Below, one piece after another: positions 52,861-62,611 of a DNA stretch of 64,000 nt. The stretch lies in NCBI GenBank assembly GCA_017415485.1, contig JAFQGP010000115.1, forward strand, positions 8,135-72,134, in the 5' to 3' direction. Both the position numbers and the translations under genes were made by a program. The stretch comes from Clostridia bacterium. Its GTDB lineage: Bacteria; Bacillota; Clostridia; Oscillospirales; CAG-272. The notes below the pieces were generated by a model that saw only the letters and a program-made list of their open reading frames with translations, was not told the origin of the DNA and searched no databases. Within the stretch, counting starts at the first letter, position 1. Each line of letters starts with the position of its first letter.

Positions 52861-54317
52861 GATAACACCTTTCTGATCGTCTCAACAACACCGACATTCG
52901 TCCATATCGAAATTACTGAAAGAGCAGCGGTCAAAACGCCGAATATCGGCTTTTCGTAACCCTCGCTCTTCTCGGTCAGATTCATAAGAACAGCCGCCGA
53001 GATCATTGCGAGTATCACGGAAATATCGTAAACGTATCTCATATTGACTCCGCCGAGGCAGAAATCCGAGAAGGCTATGCCAAGGGCGAGAACGGCGGTC
53101 ACGCAGACCATTGCTGTCTTCCACACATCCCTCTCGCCGCGATGCTTTTCGATAAGCGCGAGGCGGGGATAGAGAAGAATACCGAGGGGCAGACCGTAAG
53201 CAAAGACTCCGCAGGCGCGGTCGGCGTAGAAATACCTTGCTTCTTTGGGCAATACCATAATTCTCTGCATCTCAATGAAGGGCTTCGCCTCACTTTGCCA
53301 CATCGGGCAGAGGAAATAGGAGAAGAAGGACGAGAAAAGGTACTTGAGATCGATCGTATTCAGCGAAACGTCGCTGACGGTGAGCTGATAATTCGCGCCG
53401 AAATCAAGCGGCGAGCCGAAACGCGCGTTGTTATACCACATTACGGCAAGCGCGCCCGCGATCAGGGGGAGTGCGAAGGATGCGACTGTCAAAAGCCCGT
53501 CCTTCAAGGTATCCTTGCGGATCTTGAAAATGAATTCGATAAAGAGCGGGAAAACGGCGACGCACATCAGCGCGACAGTCGGGCGCGACCATACGGTCAG
53601 CGTCAGCGCAAGCGCGGCAAGGACGAGCATTATCATTCTCGCCCACAGCTTCTCTTCCCTCATCGAGCGAACCGCGAGGGCGACGAAAGCCATCGAGAAG
53701 GTCTGCGCCGAGAGCACGGCGACGTAATACATATCCGAGCAAAGCACGCCGAGGTAAACTCCGCTTGCGCAAACGGTTCCCGCAAGTCCGATCAGAAAGA
53801 GCCAAAGATTCGGCTTTTTGATAAATCGGATCACGACCTCGCGATAGGCAAGCGCAGTCGCGATCACCGCTGCGATGGCGAGGATCAGGCAAGTGAGCGA
53901 TATATTCGGCAGCTTGCCCGTCAGCGCGTATATCGGCGAGTGGACGGTGATGATCGGCGCGATGCCGAAATAGGAATAGTATTTTCCCTCGAAAAATGCG
54001 TAATCCCAATTATATCTCGCTCCGGAATTTTTTCTTTCGGTTGGGTCATACGGATTTTCAAGCGCGGCAAGTCTGTGGTCTACTTCGAGATCAAGCTCGA
54101 TCTGTCCCTTTTGCCATGCATCGAACTGCCTGATATAAATATCCGTCGGCACACGACCGCCAACCTCGTATTCGATCAGCTCGGGCTCCTTGCCCATCGT
54201 GGGGAAGCACGTGGCGGCGAGTATCAGCACGACAAGAAAAAAGAGAATATTGTTATATATATTTTTCGGGCTGAAATGCGCGCCCGCGATTCTTTTTATA
54301 GTCTTCATTGGTTTCAC
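52857..54317 (-). CDS. Polytopic membrane protein (GT-C-like glycosyltransferase fold suspected)
   Basis: 486 aa, about 11 TM segments, with an extracytoplasmic first loop. Its stop overlaps the start of the downstream glycosidase lipoprotein gene. Confidence 0.5.
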   Translation of the reverse strand: MKPMKTIKRIAGAHFSPKNIYNNILFFLVVLILAATCFPTMGKEPELIEYEVGGRVPTDIYIRQFDAWQKGQIELDLEVDHRLAALENPYDPTERKNSGARYNWDYAFFEGKYYSYFGIAPIITVHSPIYALTGKLPNISLTCLILAIAAVIATALAYREVVIRFIKKPNLWLFLIGLAGTVCASGVYLGVLCSDMYYVAVLSAQTFSMAFVALAVRSMREEKLWARMIMLVLAALALTLTVWSRPTVALMCVAVFPLFIEFIFKIRKDTLKDGLLTVASFALPLIAGALAVMWYNNARFGSPLDFGANYQLTVSDVSLNTIDLKYLFSSFFSYFLCPMWQSEAKPFIEMQRIMVLPKEARYFYADRACGVFAYGLPLGILLYPRLALIEKHRGERDVWKTAMVCVTAVLALGIAFSDFCLGGVNMRYVYDISVILAMISAAVLMNLTEKSEGYEKPIFGVLTAALSVISIWTNVGVVETIRKVLS

Positions 54318-54434
54318 CTCGGTAATATTATACCATCAGCAGGCAATAAAGTCAAGAATCGGACTGATTTTATTCTTGACAAGAAATAGATTTTATGATA
54401 TAATGTTCTGTCAAATCATCGAAAGGACAATAAT

Positions 54435-55307
54435 ATGATAATACATTCTTTTTTGCACGCGATCGAGCACACCCTGCCGATCATACCTTTTTTATACTTG
54501 ACTTATCTGCTGATGGAGCTACTTGAGCGAAAAGCGGGAGGCAAAATGCAAAGGATAATTTCGGACGCAGGAAAATTCGGACCTATCCTCGGTGCCCTGC
54601 TCGGTGTAGTGCCTCAATGCGGCTTTTCCGCCGTCGGATCGGGTCTTTATGCGGGCAGGGTGATCACGACGGGAACACTTCTTGCAATCTTCCTTTCGAC
54701 ATCCGACGAAATGCTGCCTTTGCTCATTTCATCGGGCGCACCGATCGGACTGATACTAAAAATTCTCGCATCAAAGTTGATAATCGCCGCGATTGCGGGC
54801 ATTGCAGTTGACGGTATCACAAGGATCATCGCCAAGGATAAAAACGAAAAACACAAGATCGGCGAGATCTGCTCGGCAGAACATTGCCATTGCGACAGCC
54901 AATCGATATGGCTTGCCTCTCTCGTGCACACACTCAAGATCACGGCAAGCGTCTTTACCGTCAGCTTCGCGCTTGAGATCGCACTTGAACTGCTCGGCGA
55001 GAATTTTCTTTCGGGTATCCTTACGGGAACGCCCGTTATCGGCTGTCTTTTTGCAGCAATAGTCGGACTCATCCCCAACTGCGCGTCATCGGTCGCGATC
55101 ACACAGCTTTATCTTGAAGGCGTCATATCGTCGGGCGCAATGCTCTCGGGACTCCTCGTCGGCGCGGGGATCGGAATCCTTGTCCTCCTCCGTGCTAACC
55201 GACCGCTCAAAGACTCCATTCGCGTCATTGCTATCCTATTCGGTATCGGACTCGCCGCAGGACTTGTCTTTGATCTGATCTCTATAGGAACAATAATCAA
55301 TATATAG
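54435..55307 (+). CDS. 10-TM putative metal exporter (ArsP_2-like)
   Basis: 290 aa. Contains GVVPQCGFSAVGSGLYAGRVITTGTLLAIFLSTSDEMLPLLIS, and a second half-repeat with PNCASSV. Confidence 0.55.
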   Translation: MIIHSFLHAIEHTLPIIPFLYLTYLLMELLERKAGGKMQRIISDAGKFGPILGALLGVVPQCGFSAVGSGLYAGRVITTGTLLAIFLSTSDEMLPLLISSGAPIGLILKILASKLIIAAIAGIAVDGITRIIAKDKNEKHKIGEICSAEHCHCDSQSIWLASLVHTLKITASVFTVSFALEIALELLGENFLSGILTGTPVIGCLFAAIVGLIPNCASSVAITQLYLEGVISSGAMLSGLLVGAGIGILVLLRANRPLKDSIRVIAILFGIGLAAGLVFDLISIGTIINI

Positions 55308-55338
55308 AAAACACCCGCACAGCGGGTGTTTTCTATAT
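55303..55338. terminator. Bidirectional terminator
   Basis: ATATAGAAAACACCCGC-acag-CGGGTGTTTTCTATAT. Confidence 0.85.
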
Positions 55339-55341
55339 AGA

Positions 55342-57057
55342 TCAGTTCGTCTTCTCTCCGTAAACGAGGATCTCGCGGGTATTGATGGTGTTGTATTTGT
55401 TTTCTTCGTCATTTCTGCCGACAATGACGCCAACACGGATATACTGTCCCTCGACACCGCCCATATCAAACAGGCAGGTGACCTTCGAGGTATTGCCGTT
55501 CCAGGGGTCCTTCGGCGAGGTTCCGCAGTTGACAAGATCGGTTCCTGTCACCTGATTCCAGCAAGCCGTAGGCACCTGGGTCCAATTCACTCCGTCATCG
55601 CTGACATAGACAGCAGCAACTCCGGGGAATCCCTCAAGGCTTCCCGAAGCGAATCCCATTGCATCAAACTTGTGCTTCGAGCCGAAATTGAGGGTGATAA
55701 GGCAGGTATAGGGAGAATTTGCATCGACCTCGCCCTTGATGTTATAGGTCTTATCGTCAAAGACGAAGTTTGCCATAAAGGAGTTGCCCCAGTGGCCGTT
55801 GACAAGGTTTTCGACAGCTGTGGTGTAGCCCTTTGCGGAGGAATCCATTTTTTCGATACCTATTACCGAAACACCGTAGCCGATATCGGCAATGTCAGCC
55901 TTCTGCGCGTCGGTAAGTCCCGTGGTCGAATACTCGGTCGATGCGATCGCATTCTTGGTGCCGAGAATACCCGAGAAGCTCTTGCCGTTCGGGTATGTTC
56001 CGCCCTCGAGGACGGAGATGAGCTTCGACTTCGGGAAAGCGGTCAGGTTCTTCATAGCCGAAGCATCGACCGCATAGGTCTTCTCAACGAATTCAACGCC
56101 GACAGACGAGGTCTTGTACTTTTCGGGGATCGCGGGAGTCTCCCAAACAGCCTTGCGAGCCGCTTCTTTGAGAACAGCCGCCGCTTCATCGGTAAGATTT
56201 GCATTGTAATCGACCGTGGTGGGATCGATACCCGTGATCTTTGCAAAGATCGTCATCGCCGCGAGATAGCTTCCCGTAGCGTTGGGGTGGGTCAGGTCGG
56301 AATCATAGAGGTTGATGTTCTTGTTATTGTTATAAACGTCAAAGAAAGCAAGACCCGCATATGCAATGTCGATACCGAGCTCGGCGCCGATAGCCTCGTA
56401 TGCCGCGCTGATCATCCAGGTCATACTCTCGTTGGTCCAGCCGTTTTCCTTGAGAACGCTGTGTCCCTCTTTTCTGCCCCAGGTGCCGTAGAGAATGGGG
56501 GTCGCGCCGTCTGCAATCACCTTTGCGGCAAGGTTGCGCACGCCGGTGTAGAACTTATCGGGGTACAGCGCGGGGCAGGTGCTCTGCTCCTGCAGAACGA
56601 TGTAATCGTAATCGCGGAGCTTAAGCGCGGAGTCAACCTTCGCGCCGACCTCGTCGGTCGACTTTGCGGAATCGATCAGATACCATCCGCCCTTGGTGAT
56701 ACGGGTGACGGTGGCATCATAGCCCGCCGCCTTCAGTATCTTCGCAAAGATCTGCTCGGGCATATCGTTATAATGAGTATAGCTGTTTCCGATAAAGAGG
56801 AAATTGTATTTCTTGCTCTTGTCGAGGACCGTGGTTTCGGGCTCGGCGGTGGTCTCGGGAGCGGGCTCGGTCGCCTCGGTCTCGGGAGCGGGCTCGGTCG
56901 CCTCGGTCTCGGGAGCGGCAGTGGTTACTTCAATTTCGGGTGCTTTGGTGGTTTCCTCGGGGGCTGTGGTGACTTCACCTTCGCCCGTGCAGGCAACACC
57001 CGCAAAAAGCATTGAGAAAAGCAAAAGCATTGCGATCAATCTCTTTTTCATTGTCAT
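55342..57057 (-). CDS. Lipoprotein with a DUF4886 (SGNH-like) domain and a C-terminal discoidin-like domain
   Basis: Lipobox FAGVACT. T/E/P-rich linker with the EATEPAPET repeat. FLFIGNSYTHYNDMP is DUF4886-like. Confidence 0.6.
   Translation of the reverse strand: MTMKKRLIAMLLLFSMLFAGVACTGEGEVTTAPEETTKAPEIEVTTAAPETEATEPAPETEATEPAPETTAEPETTVLDKSKKYNFLFIGNSYTHYNDMPEQIFAKILKAAGYDATVTRITKGGWYLIDSAKSTDEVGAKVDSALKLRDYDYIVLQEQSTCPALYPDKFYTGVRNLAAKVIADGATPILYGTWGRKEGHSVLKENGWTNESMTWMISAAYEAIGAELGIDIAYAGLAFFDVYNNNKNINLYDSDLTHPNATGSYLAAMTIFAKITGIDPTTVDYNANLTDEAAAVLKEAARKAVWETPAIPEKYKTSSVGVEFVEKTYAVDASAMKNLTAFPKSKLISVLEGGTYPNGKSFSGILGTKNAIASTEYSTTGLTDAQKADIADIGYGVSVIGIEKMDSSAKGYTTAVENLVNGHWGNSFMANFVFDDKTYNIKGEVDANSPYTCLITLNFGSKHKFDAMGFASGSLEGFPGVAAVYVSDDGVNWTQVPTACWNQVTGTDLVNCGTSPKDPWNGNTSKVTCLFDMGGVEGQYIRVGVIVGRNDEENKYNTINTREILVYGEKTN
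56851..56918. repeat. 27-nt tandem repeat (2.5 copies) encoding the linker of the lipoprotein
   Basis: GGTCTCGGGAGCGGGCTCGGTCGCCTC x2 plus a partial copy; on the minus strand it encodes (EATEPAPET)n. Confidence 0.9.
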
Positions 57058-57113
57058 TGATCCTTTCGGGTAATTATAAGATAATATAATAATATATTAT
57101 TTTACCCGATTTG

Positions 57114-57779
57114 TCAAGTGTTTTTTGCGATTTTCATCAATTCCTGCCAAGTGACAACGCCCGCGACCGAGTCTGCCGTGATTCCGCGGCTCCTTTGAAA
57201 CGCTGCCAGCGCCTTCGCAGTTGCGGGACCGAAGCTTGAGTCACATTCAATCTTTGCGCCGTGAAAGTTGAGAAGCGTCTGCAAAAGCTTGACCTCTTCG
57301 CCCTTGGCGCCTCGCTTGAGCAGTTTTCTTTCTTGTATTACAGTCAATTTGTTCACCTCACTTAAATCCTTATCAAAATATTTTTCCGGATCGACCCACT
57401 CGCCGAAAAGCGAGATCCCGAAGTGCAAATGTGCCCCCGTGCTTCTTCCCGTGCTGCCCATATAGCCAAGGATCTCCCCTTTTACCACCTTATCGCCCTT
57501 TTTCACCCGAAGCGTGCCTTTTTTGAAGTGGCAATAGAGCGTGACGAGCGTTTCATCGTGCCTGATCTTGCAATAATAACCCGAGCGCGAATTATATCCC
57601 GCCTCGATGACTTCACCCGAGTCGAACGCAACCACATAATCCGACACCGCACCGCCGTTTTCGGCAACGGCGACAAGATCGACTCCTGTGTGATGCTCTT
57701 TTTTGCCAAATATCACGCGCGAGCCGAATGGATACGTGATCTTATATCTGTCATAATTCTTAAAAAATCTCGAAGCCAT
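57114..57779 (-). CDS. M23 peptidase fused to a PG_binding_1 domain (endolysin-like)
   Basis: Contains HTGVDL and GSTGRSTGAHLHF. C-terminal LLKRGAKGEEVKLLQTLL...FGPATAKALAAFQ. Confidence 0.85.
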   Translation of the reverse strand: MASRFFKNYDRYKITYPFGSRVIFGKKEHHTGVDLVAVAENGGAVSDYVVAFDSGEVIEAGYNSRSGYYCKIRHDETLVTLYCHFKKGTLRVKKGDKVVKGEILGYMGSTGRSTGAHLHFGISLFGEWVDPEKYFDKDLSEVNKLTVIQERKLLKRGAKGEEVKLLQTLLNFHGAKIECDSSFGPATAKALAAFQRSRGITADSVAGVVTWQELMKIAKNT

Positions 57780-57780
57780 C

Positions 57781-58212
57781 TTATGCCGCTCCCCTTTTCA
57801 GCGCTTTGATCTCTCCGCGAAGCGATTCGATCTCGGCGCGGAGCTGATCGAGCTCGCTCGGCGCATACTCCTTCGGCTCACGCCCGCCGGGGTAAGCGGT
57901 ATCAATGACCCGAAGCTCGCCGCGCGCGCTGACGAGTCTGTTTCCGCCCGAGTCGATTCCATCAAGCACAAACACCGCAGTTCCCGCATTCGCCATGACC
58001 TCATCGGGCACTCTGACAGCATTTTCGCTTAACAGCAAAGCCACTCCATCGCCCCCGCCCGCGGGAAAAAAGGTTACCCGCTTATTCATCCCCTGCCAAT
58101 CGGGCGAAAGATCGAACACGATCCGGCAGCTCCCGAAACTCCCGCGCGTGCCCGCCACCGCCCAATCGGGCGTCAATTTCCAAAGATCTGCTTTAATATT
58201 GATTTCCTTCAT
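57781..58212 (-). CDS. Hypothetical protein (143 aa) coupled to the M23 peptidase gene
   Basis: There is a 1-nt gap to the downstream gene. C-terminal coiled coil ELDQLRAEIESLRGEIKALK. Possibly phage-derived. Confidence 0.5.
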   Translation of the reverse strand: MKEINIKADLWKLTPDWAVAGTRGSFGSCRIVFDLSPDWQGMNKRVTFFPAGGGDGVALLLSENAVRVPDEVMANAGTAVFVLDGIDSGGNRLVSARGELRVIDTAYPGGREPKEYAPSELDQLRAEIESLRGEIKALKRGAA

Positions 58213-58292
58213 CAGTTTCTCCTTTCATTTTGCCATCCAAAATAGATTTTAGCATATAAACAAACAGAGTGACTGACAGAAAACTGTCGCAA

Positions 58293-58326
58293 CAAAAAAG
58301 CTGCCGGCTCATTAAGAGCCGACAGC
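58293..58326 (-). terminator. Rho-independent terminator after the surface-protein gene
   Basis: On the minus strand: GCTGTCGGCTC-ttaat-GAGCCGGCAGC followed by TTTTTT. Confidence 0.75.
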
Positions 58327-58352
58327 AATGTTAGTCGATTATTAATTTATAA

Positions 58353-59987
58353 TCAGTTTTCTCTTCTCTTTGCAACAACTGCAACTCCGCAAAGGGAGAT
58401 AACAGCAACAACAGCGAAGATGAGAGCGGAGTCGCCGGTGGGAACGGGATCTGCAGGAACTTCGGGCTCGGTGATAACGGGATCAAGCTTGCCCTCGGGA
58501 TCCGAGATAATGAGTCCCTTGTAGATGTTGATATCCTTGTACTCTGCAACAAGGCTCTTGTTGTGGAGGTAGAAGCCTACACAAACCTGGAAACCGGACT
58601 CGTGAGGATAAGGAGTGCCATCGGTAGCCTTGGTGGTGTTGGTCATATCGATAACGTTGTAGGAGATCCACTTGCCTTCGGTGTTGAGGTAGTAAATGGT
58701 AGCCTGGTAACCGTGCATCTCAACGCGGAAGGTTGCGTAACCGTCTGCATCGTGGCCGAGGTCTTCAACAGGAACATACTCCTTGCCGGGAGTGTTGATG
58801 TTTGTGATCTTGGTGGAACCGTGCTCGGTTGCGAAGGAACCGGTCTGGAAGTTACCGTAGATATTGAAGGAGTTGTTGAAGGGATGGAGGGTAGGAACTG
58901 CGAAGCAGAAACCGGTGTTCTTTGCGCCGGTCTTTACCTTCCACTCAGTGGTGTATCTGGTCTCGGAGTTGATCTCAAGGCCTTCAACGATAGAACCGTA
59001 GTATGTACCCTTTTCTGCGGAGCCGTCCTGCTCGATCTTGATGTAGTCCTTATCAGCGGGATCAAGAGTGATGTTGAACTTTTCGCCGTTAGCAGCAAGG
59101 AAACGTGCGGAGAAGCCGGTATCCTTTCTCGAGAAATCGGGGGTAAAGAGAATGTCGCCGGTCTTAGCCTTATCGTAACCGGTTACGGAAGCACCCTCAA
59201 CGTAGTAGTCGGGGTAAGTGGGGTTCTTAACGGTGTTGCCTTCGTAAACAACAGCATCCTTGATGGTGATAGCTGCGCCCGGGTTGTAGAGGTATGCGGA
59301 GAGACCGAAGTTGGGAGCAACCTCAAGAAGACCGGTGTTGAATGCATCATACTCGTCGATGTATACGTTGTTGATGAATACCTTAACGTTTGCACCGGTA
59401 ACTACGAAATCGATGTCAACGAAGCCCTCAGCGTCAACTGCGGAGAGGTACTTTGCGTCGGTAACGTAAGCATCGCCATAGAAAATGGAACCGATGGACT
59501 TACCGCCTGCACCGTAGCTCATTACGTGACGGATGTTGGGACAACCGTAGTAGCCAACAAGAGATTTGTAACCAAGGTCAAGAAGATACTGAGCCTCGGT
59601 GTTGGTGGGCATGTTGATGAACACACCTGCGTTGCCGGAAGCGAGCTTACCGTCGGTATCGGTGTAAGCAACTGCCATCTTCATAGAGAAGGTGTAGTTC
59701 TTGCCCTCGCCGTAGGTGAGACCCTTGATTGCGCCGCCCCAGAATGCACGGCCTGCAGCAGTACCTGCATAGGTAACGGTTGCGGACTTGCCGTCATCGG
59801 AAACGGTTGTTGCGAGAGTTCCGTCGCCCTTGAGGAGACAGAAATCTGCGGGAGCGTACTTGTCGTCGCCCTTGAAGTTGACTTCATAGAGAACGTCGCC
59901 TTCCTTAGCGGAAGCGGTGATTCCCATAGCAGCAACAAGCGCGAGGATCATTGTGAGAGAAAGAATTGCGCTGAGGATCTTTTTCAT
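58353..59987 (-). CDS. Secreted surface protein (beta-sandwich/lectin-like, function unknown) with a PTGDSAL/TM/KRREN sorting signal
   Basis: Signal peptide MKKILSAILSLTMILALVAAMGITASA. Ends DPVPTGDSALIFAVVAVISLCGVAVVAKRREN. It is a paralogue of the next gene. Confidence 0.8.
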   Translation of the reverse strand: MKKILSAILSLTMILALVAAMGITASAKEGDVLYEVNFKGDDKYAPADFCLLKGDGTLATTVSDDGKSATVTYAGTAAGRAFWGGAIKGLTYGEGKNYTFSMKMAVAYTDTDGKLASGNAGVFINMPTNTEAQYLLDLGYKSLVGYYGCPNIRHVMSYGAGGKSIGSIFYGDAYVTDAKYLSAVDAEGFVDIDFVVTGANVKVFINNVYIDEYDAFNTGLLEVAPNFGLSAYLYNPGAAITIKDAVVYEGNTVKNPTYPDYYVEGASVTGYDKAKTGDILFTPDFSRKDTGFSARFLAANGEKFNITLDPADKDYIKIEQDGSAEKGTYYGSIVEGLEINSETRYTTEWKVKTGAKNTGFCFAVPTLHPFNNSFNIYGNFQTGSFATEHGSTKITNINTPGKEYVPVEDLGHDADGYATFRVEMHGYQATIYYLNTEGKWISYNVIDMTNTTKATDGTPYPHESGFQVCVGFYLHNKSLVAEYKDINIYKGLIISDPEGKLDPVITEPEVPADPVPTGDSALIFAVVAVISLCGVAVVAKRREN

Positions 59988-60037
59988 AATCAGATTCCTT
60001 TCTTTATTTTTCGGTCATACCGAATTGATACAATATA

Positions 60038-60066
60038 ATAATATCATTTTTATTCTTATTTGTCAA
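60038..60066 (-). promoter_or_regulatory. Promoter of 58353-59987 (followed by a conserved leader hairpin at 60010-60024)
   Basis: On the minus strand: TTGACA, N17, TATTAT. The leader is TGTATCAATTCGGtatgaCCGAAA. Confidence 0.55.
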
Positions 60067-60086
60067 TAGTAAATTACATTTTTCTA

Positions 60087-60116
60087 TAAAAAGACCGCCT
60101 CACGAGGAGGCAGTCT
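60087..60116 (-). terminator. Terminator after 60137-61855
   Basis: On the minus strand: AGACTGCCTC-ctcg-tGAGGCGGTCT followed by TTTT. Confidence 0.65.
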
Positions 60117-60136
60117 TGATTATGTTGATGAATTTA

Positions 60137-61855
60137 TCAGTTTTCTCTTCTCTTTGCGATGGTTGCAACGCCGAGAACGGAGATGATAGCAACAACTGCG
60201 AAGATGAGAGCGGAGTCACCGGTGGGAACGGGATCAGCGGGCTCTGTTACTTCGGGCTCGGTCTCAACGGGAGGAACATAGTTCGCGATATCGGTGAGAG
60301 TACCCTTGTAAAGAGCAACGTCCTTCATACCGAATGTAGCCATATCGTGGTAGATGTAAAGGCCGCATGCAACCTGAGGAGCAGCTGCAAATTCAGCAGC
60401 GGTGCCGTGGTAGGACTCGAAGAGTACCCACGCGCCGGTAGCATCCTTGTAGTATACGTTCCAAGTGTAACCGTCAACGGTTACAGCCATATCAGCATAG
60501 CCCTCAGCGTCGAACGCGATGTTCTTCTCGAGGTTAGCAAACTTGGTGTAGGAGGTGGTCTTTACGGTCTCGTGACCCTTGATCTTGGTGCCGCTGATAG
60601 CGATAACCATATCGGAATCTGCGCTGCCGTTGAAGTTGCCGTAGAAGTTGTAGAGCTGTGCCCAGTTGTACTTCATATTGGTCTCATCAAGATTGAAGAG
60701 AATGCCGCCGCGGAGCTCGTTGGACTTAACCTTGTAGGTGAAGGTGTAAACGGTGTCAGCGGTGTACTCAAGAGAACCGATAGCGCCGCCCCACCAGGTA
60801 GCACCCTGGCCTGCATCCTTCATAGCTGCATCGGTGGGCTTTTCAAAGTCGATCTTGGAGCCGTCATCGGAAACGGTGATGTTAAGGTCGGTACCTGCAA
60901 GATAGAGCATCTTGGGGTCGAAATCGGTGCCGTTCTTGAAGTTTACGTCGGTAAGCTTTGCGCCAAGGCCTGCCTTAGCATAAGCATCCATAGTGAGCGA
61001 CTTTGCGTTGAGAGCCATTGCGCCGGACCAGTCTTCCTTTACTGCGCCTTCGCGGAGTGCGGGATAGGTGAAGCCCTTAGCGGTGTAGATGTTGCCCTCG
61101 TATACAACAGCATCCTTGAAGGTTACGGAACCTGCGTTGTAAACGTAGAAAATGAGAGCGAGATCATCGTAGTTGTTTGCGAAGGGGATATAGTCCTCGT
61201 CAAAGAACTCGCCGTTGATGAATACACGGTAAACGAAGCCGTCAACTTCGATGGAAACCTTGCAGAAACCGTCTGCGTCGGGAGTGTAAAGACCGCCAAC
61301 ATAGTTGGAGCCGTCACTTACGTAAAGACCGTAGTCCTTGCTGCCCGCGCCACGAGAAAGGGTGTTCTTGGGAGTACCGTTCCAGCCCTCGGGAGTGCCG
61401 TAGTAGCCTCTGAGAGCGTTCATGGTATCGGTGTACTTGCTGTTGTTGGGAGTAATTGCTGCCCAATCGCCTTCAACGACGTCCTTGTTGCCATTGATGT
61501 ATACACCGAAGTTCTGCATTGCGTCCTTGCCTTCGATGGAGTTGTCAGCGAGAACTTCAACAGTGTACTTCTTGCCTTCGCCGATCTTGAGACCGTCGAG
61601 GATGTCGCCGTAGAAGTATCTCTTGGACTTGGTGACAACGGTGATGGTTGCTGCAGAGCCGTCTTCGGAAACTTCTGCTGTAACACCGTCTGCCTTGCCG
61701 TTTGTAGCAAACATATTGAACGAATACTTGTCGTCGTTCTTGAAGTTGATCTTACGAAGAACGTCGCCTTCCTTAGCGGAAGCGGAGATTCCCATAGCCG
61801 CAACGAGCGAGAGAATCATAACAAGCGAGAGAAGTGCGCTGAAAATTCTTTTCAT
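60137..61855 (-). CDS. Secreted surface protein, paralogue of 58353-59987, with a PTGDSAL/TM/KRREN sorting signal
   Basis: Start at MKRIFSALLSLVMILSLVAAMGISASA (61855). Ends DPVPTGDSALIFAVVAIISVLGVATIAKRREN. Confidence 0.8.
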   Translation of the reverse strand: MKRIFSALLSLVMILSLVAAMGISASAKEGDVLRKINFKNDDKYSFNMFATNGKADGVTAEVSEDGSAATITVVTKSKRYFYGDILDGLKIGEGKKYTVEVLADNSIEGKDAMQNFGVYINGNKDVVEGDWAAITPNNSKYTDTMNALRGYYGTPEGWNGTPKNTLSRGAGSKDYGLYVSDGSNYVGGLYTPDADGFCKVSIEVDGFVYRVFINGEFFDEDYIPFANNYDDLALIFYVYNAGSVTFKDAVVYEGNIYTAKGFTYPALREGAVKEDWSGAMALNAKSLTMDAYAKAGLGAKLTDVNFKNGTDFDPKMLYLAGTDLNITVSDDGSKIDFEKPTDAAMKDAGQGATWWGGAIGSLEYTADTVYTFTYKVKSNELRGGILFNLDETNMKYNWAQLYNFYGNFNGSADSDMVIAISGTKIKGHETVKTTSYTKFANLEKNIAFDAEGYADMAVTVDGYTWNVYYKDATGAWVLFESYHGTAAEFAAAPQVACGLYIYHDMATFGMKDVALYKGTLTDIANYVPPVETEPEVTEPADPVPTGDSALIFAVVAIISVLGVATIAKRREN

Positions 61856-61905
61856 AATTTTCTTTCCTTTCAAAAATTTCGGCTTTGCCGAATTGATACA
61901 TAATA

Positions 61906-61934
61906 ATGATACCACTTTTGTGCGAATTTGTCAA
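61906..61934 (-). promoter_or_regulatory. Promoter of 60137-61855 (followed by a conserved leader hairpin at 61878-61892)
   Basis: On the minus strand: TTGACA, N17, TATCAT. The leader is TGTATCAATTCGGcaaagCCGAAA. Confidence 0.55.
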
Positions 61935-62058
61935 GCAAAATCGAAATTTTCTTGACAAATTAAAAAATTATATAATAAATGCGAAAACAAAAACAGCCCA
62001 AAAACGGCGGTTTTGTGATCGCATTTTATTTTTTTATTCAAAAAGGAAGGTTGCGCGG

Positions 62059-62334
62059 ATGAAGGTGCTTGAAAAAGGCGTGATGCCGAACAAAACGAAA
62101 ATTCAAATTGAGGATTGGAGCGGTGACTATACATTTCTCGCACACGCCGACACGATTGCCGCGTATCCGACAAACAGACACGGTGAGCGATTCAGAGCAG
62201 AAAAGAGATTTGAAAGCGGCGATGCGGCGGCGTGTGCATTCAAAGAACTGTTGAGCGGGAAGGCAACGCTTGACGATTACGGATTCACGACAATGCACGC
62301 GGGGCGGTCAATCCCCTATCAAGAAAAAATGTAA
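62059..62334 (+). CDS. Hypothetical protein (91 aa)
   Basis: ATG at 62059 after GGAAGG. MKVLEKGVMPNKTKIQIEDWSGDY... I recognise no family. Confidence 0.45.
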   Translation: MKVLEKGVMPNKTKIQIEDWSGDYTFLAHADTIAAYPTNRHGERFRAEKRFESGDAAACAFKELLSGKATLDDYGFTTMHAGRSIPYQEKM

Positions 62335-62350
62335 AGGAGGCGGCAGCGGG

Positions 62351-62599
62351 ATGACATATCACTATTTATCATATGAAGATCGGCAGGAGATCGAACAGCG
62401 TTATTCGCAGGGGGAACGCCCCGAAGATATTGCGGCGGTGGTTGGCGTACATACCGCCACGATATACAGAGAACTTGAACGCGGGTACACAGGCGAAAAG
62501 GACGAAAGCGGAAAGCCGAAGTACAGCGCGGACATCGGACAAAGTAAGCAGAAAAACAGTTTTCGCCGGAGAGGGCGGACACCAAACGCCGCGTGTTGA
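62351..62599 (+). CDS. Helix-turn-helix protein (IS30-type N-terminal HTH-like)
   Basis: MTYHYLSYEDRQEIEQRYSQGERPEDIAAVVGVHTATIYRELERG. Confidence 0.6.
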   Translation: MTYHYLSYEDRQEIEQRYSQGERPEDIAAVVGVHTATIYRELERGYTGEKDESGKPKYSADIGQSKQKNSFRRRGRTPNAAC

Positions 62600-62611
62600 G
62601 GAGGATGGGAT

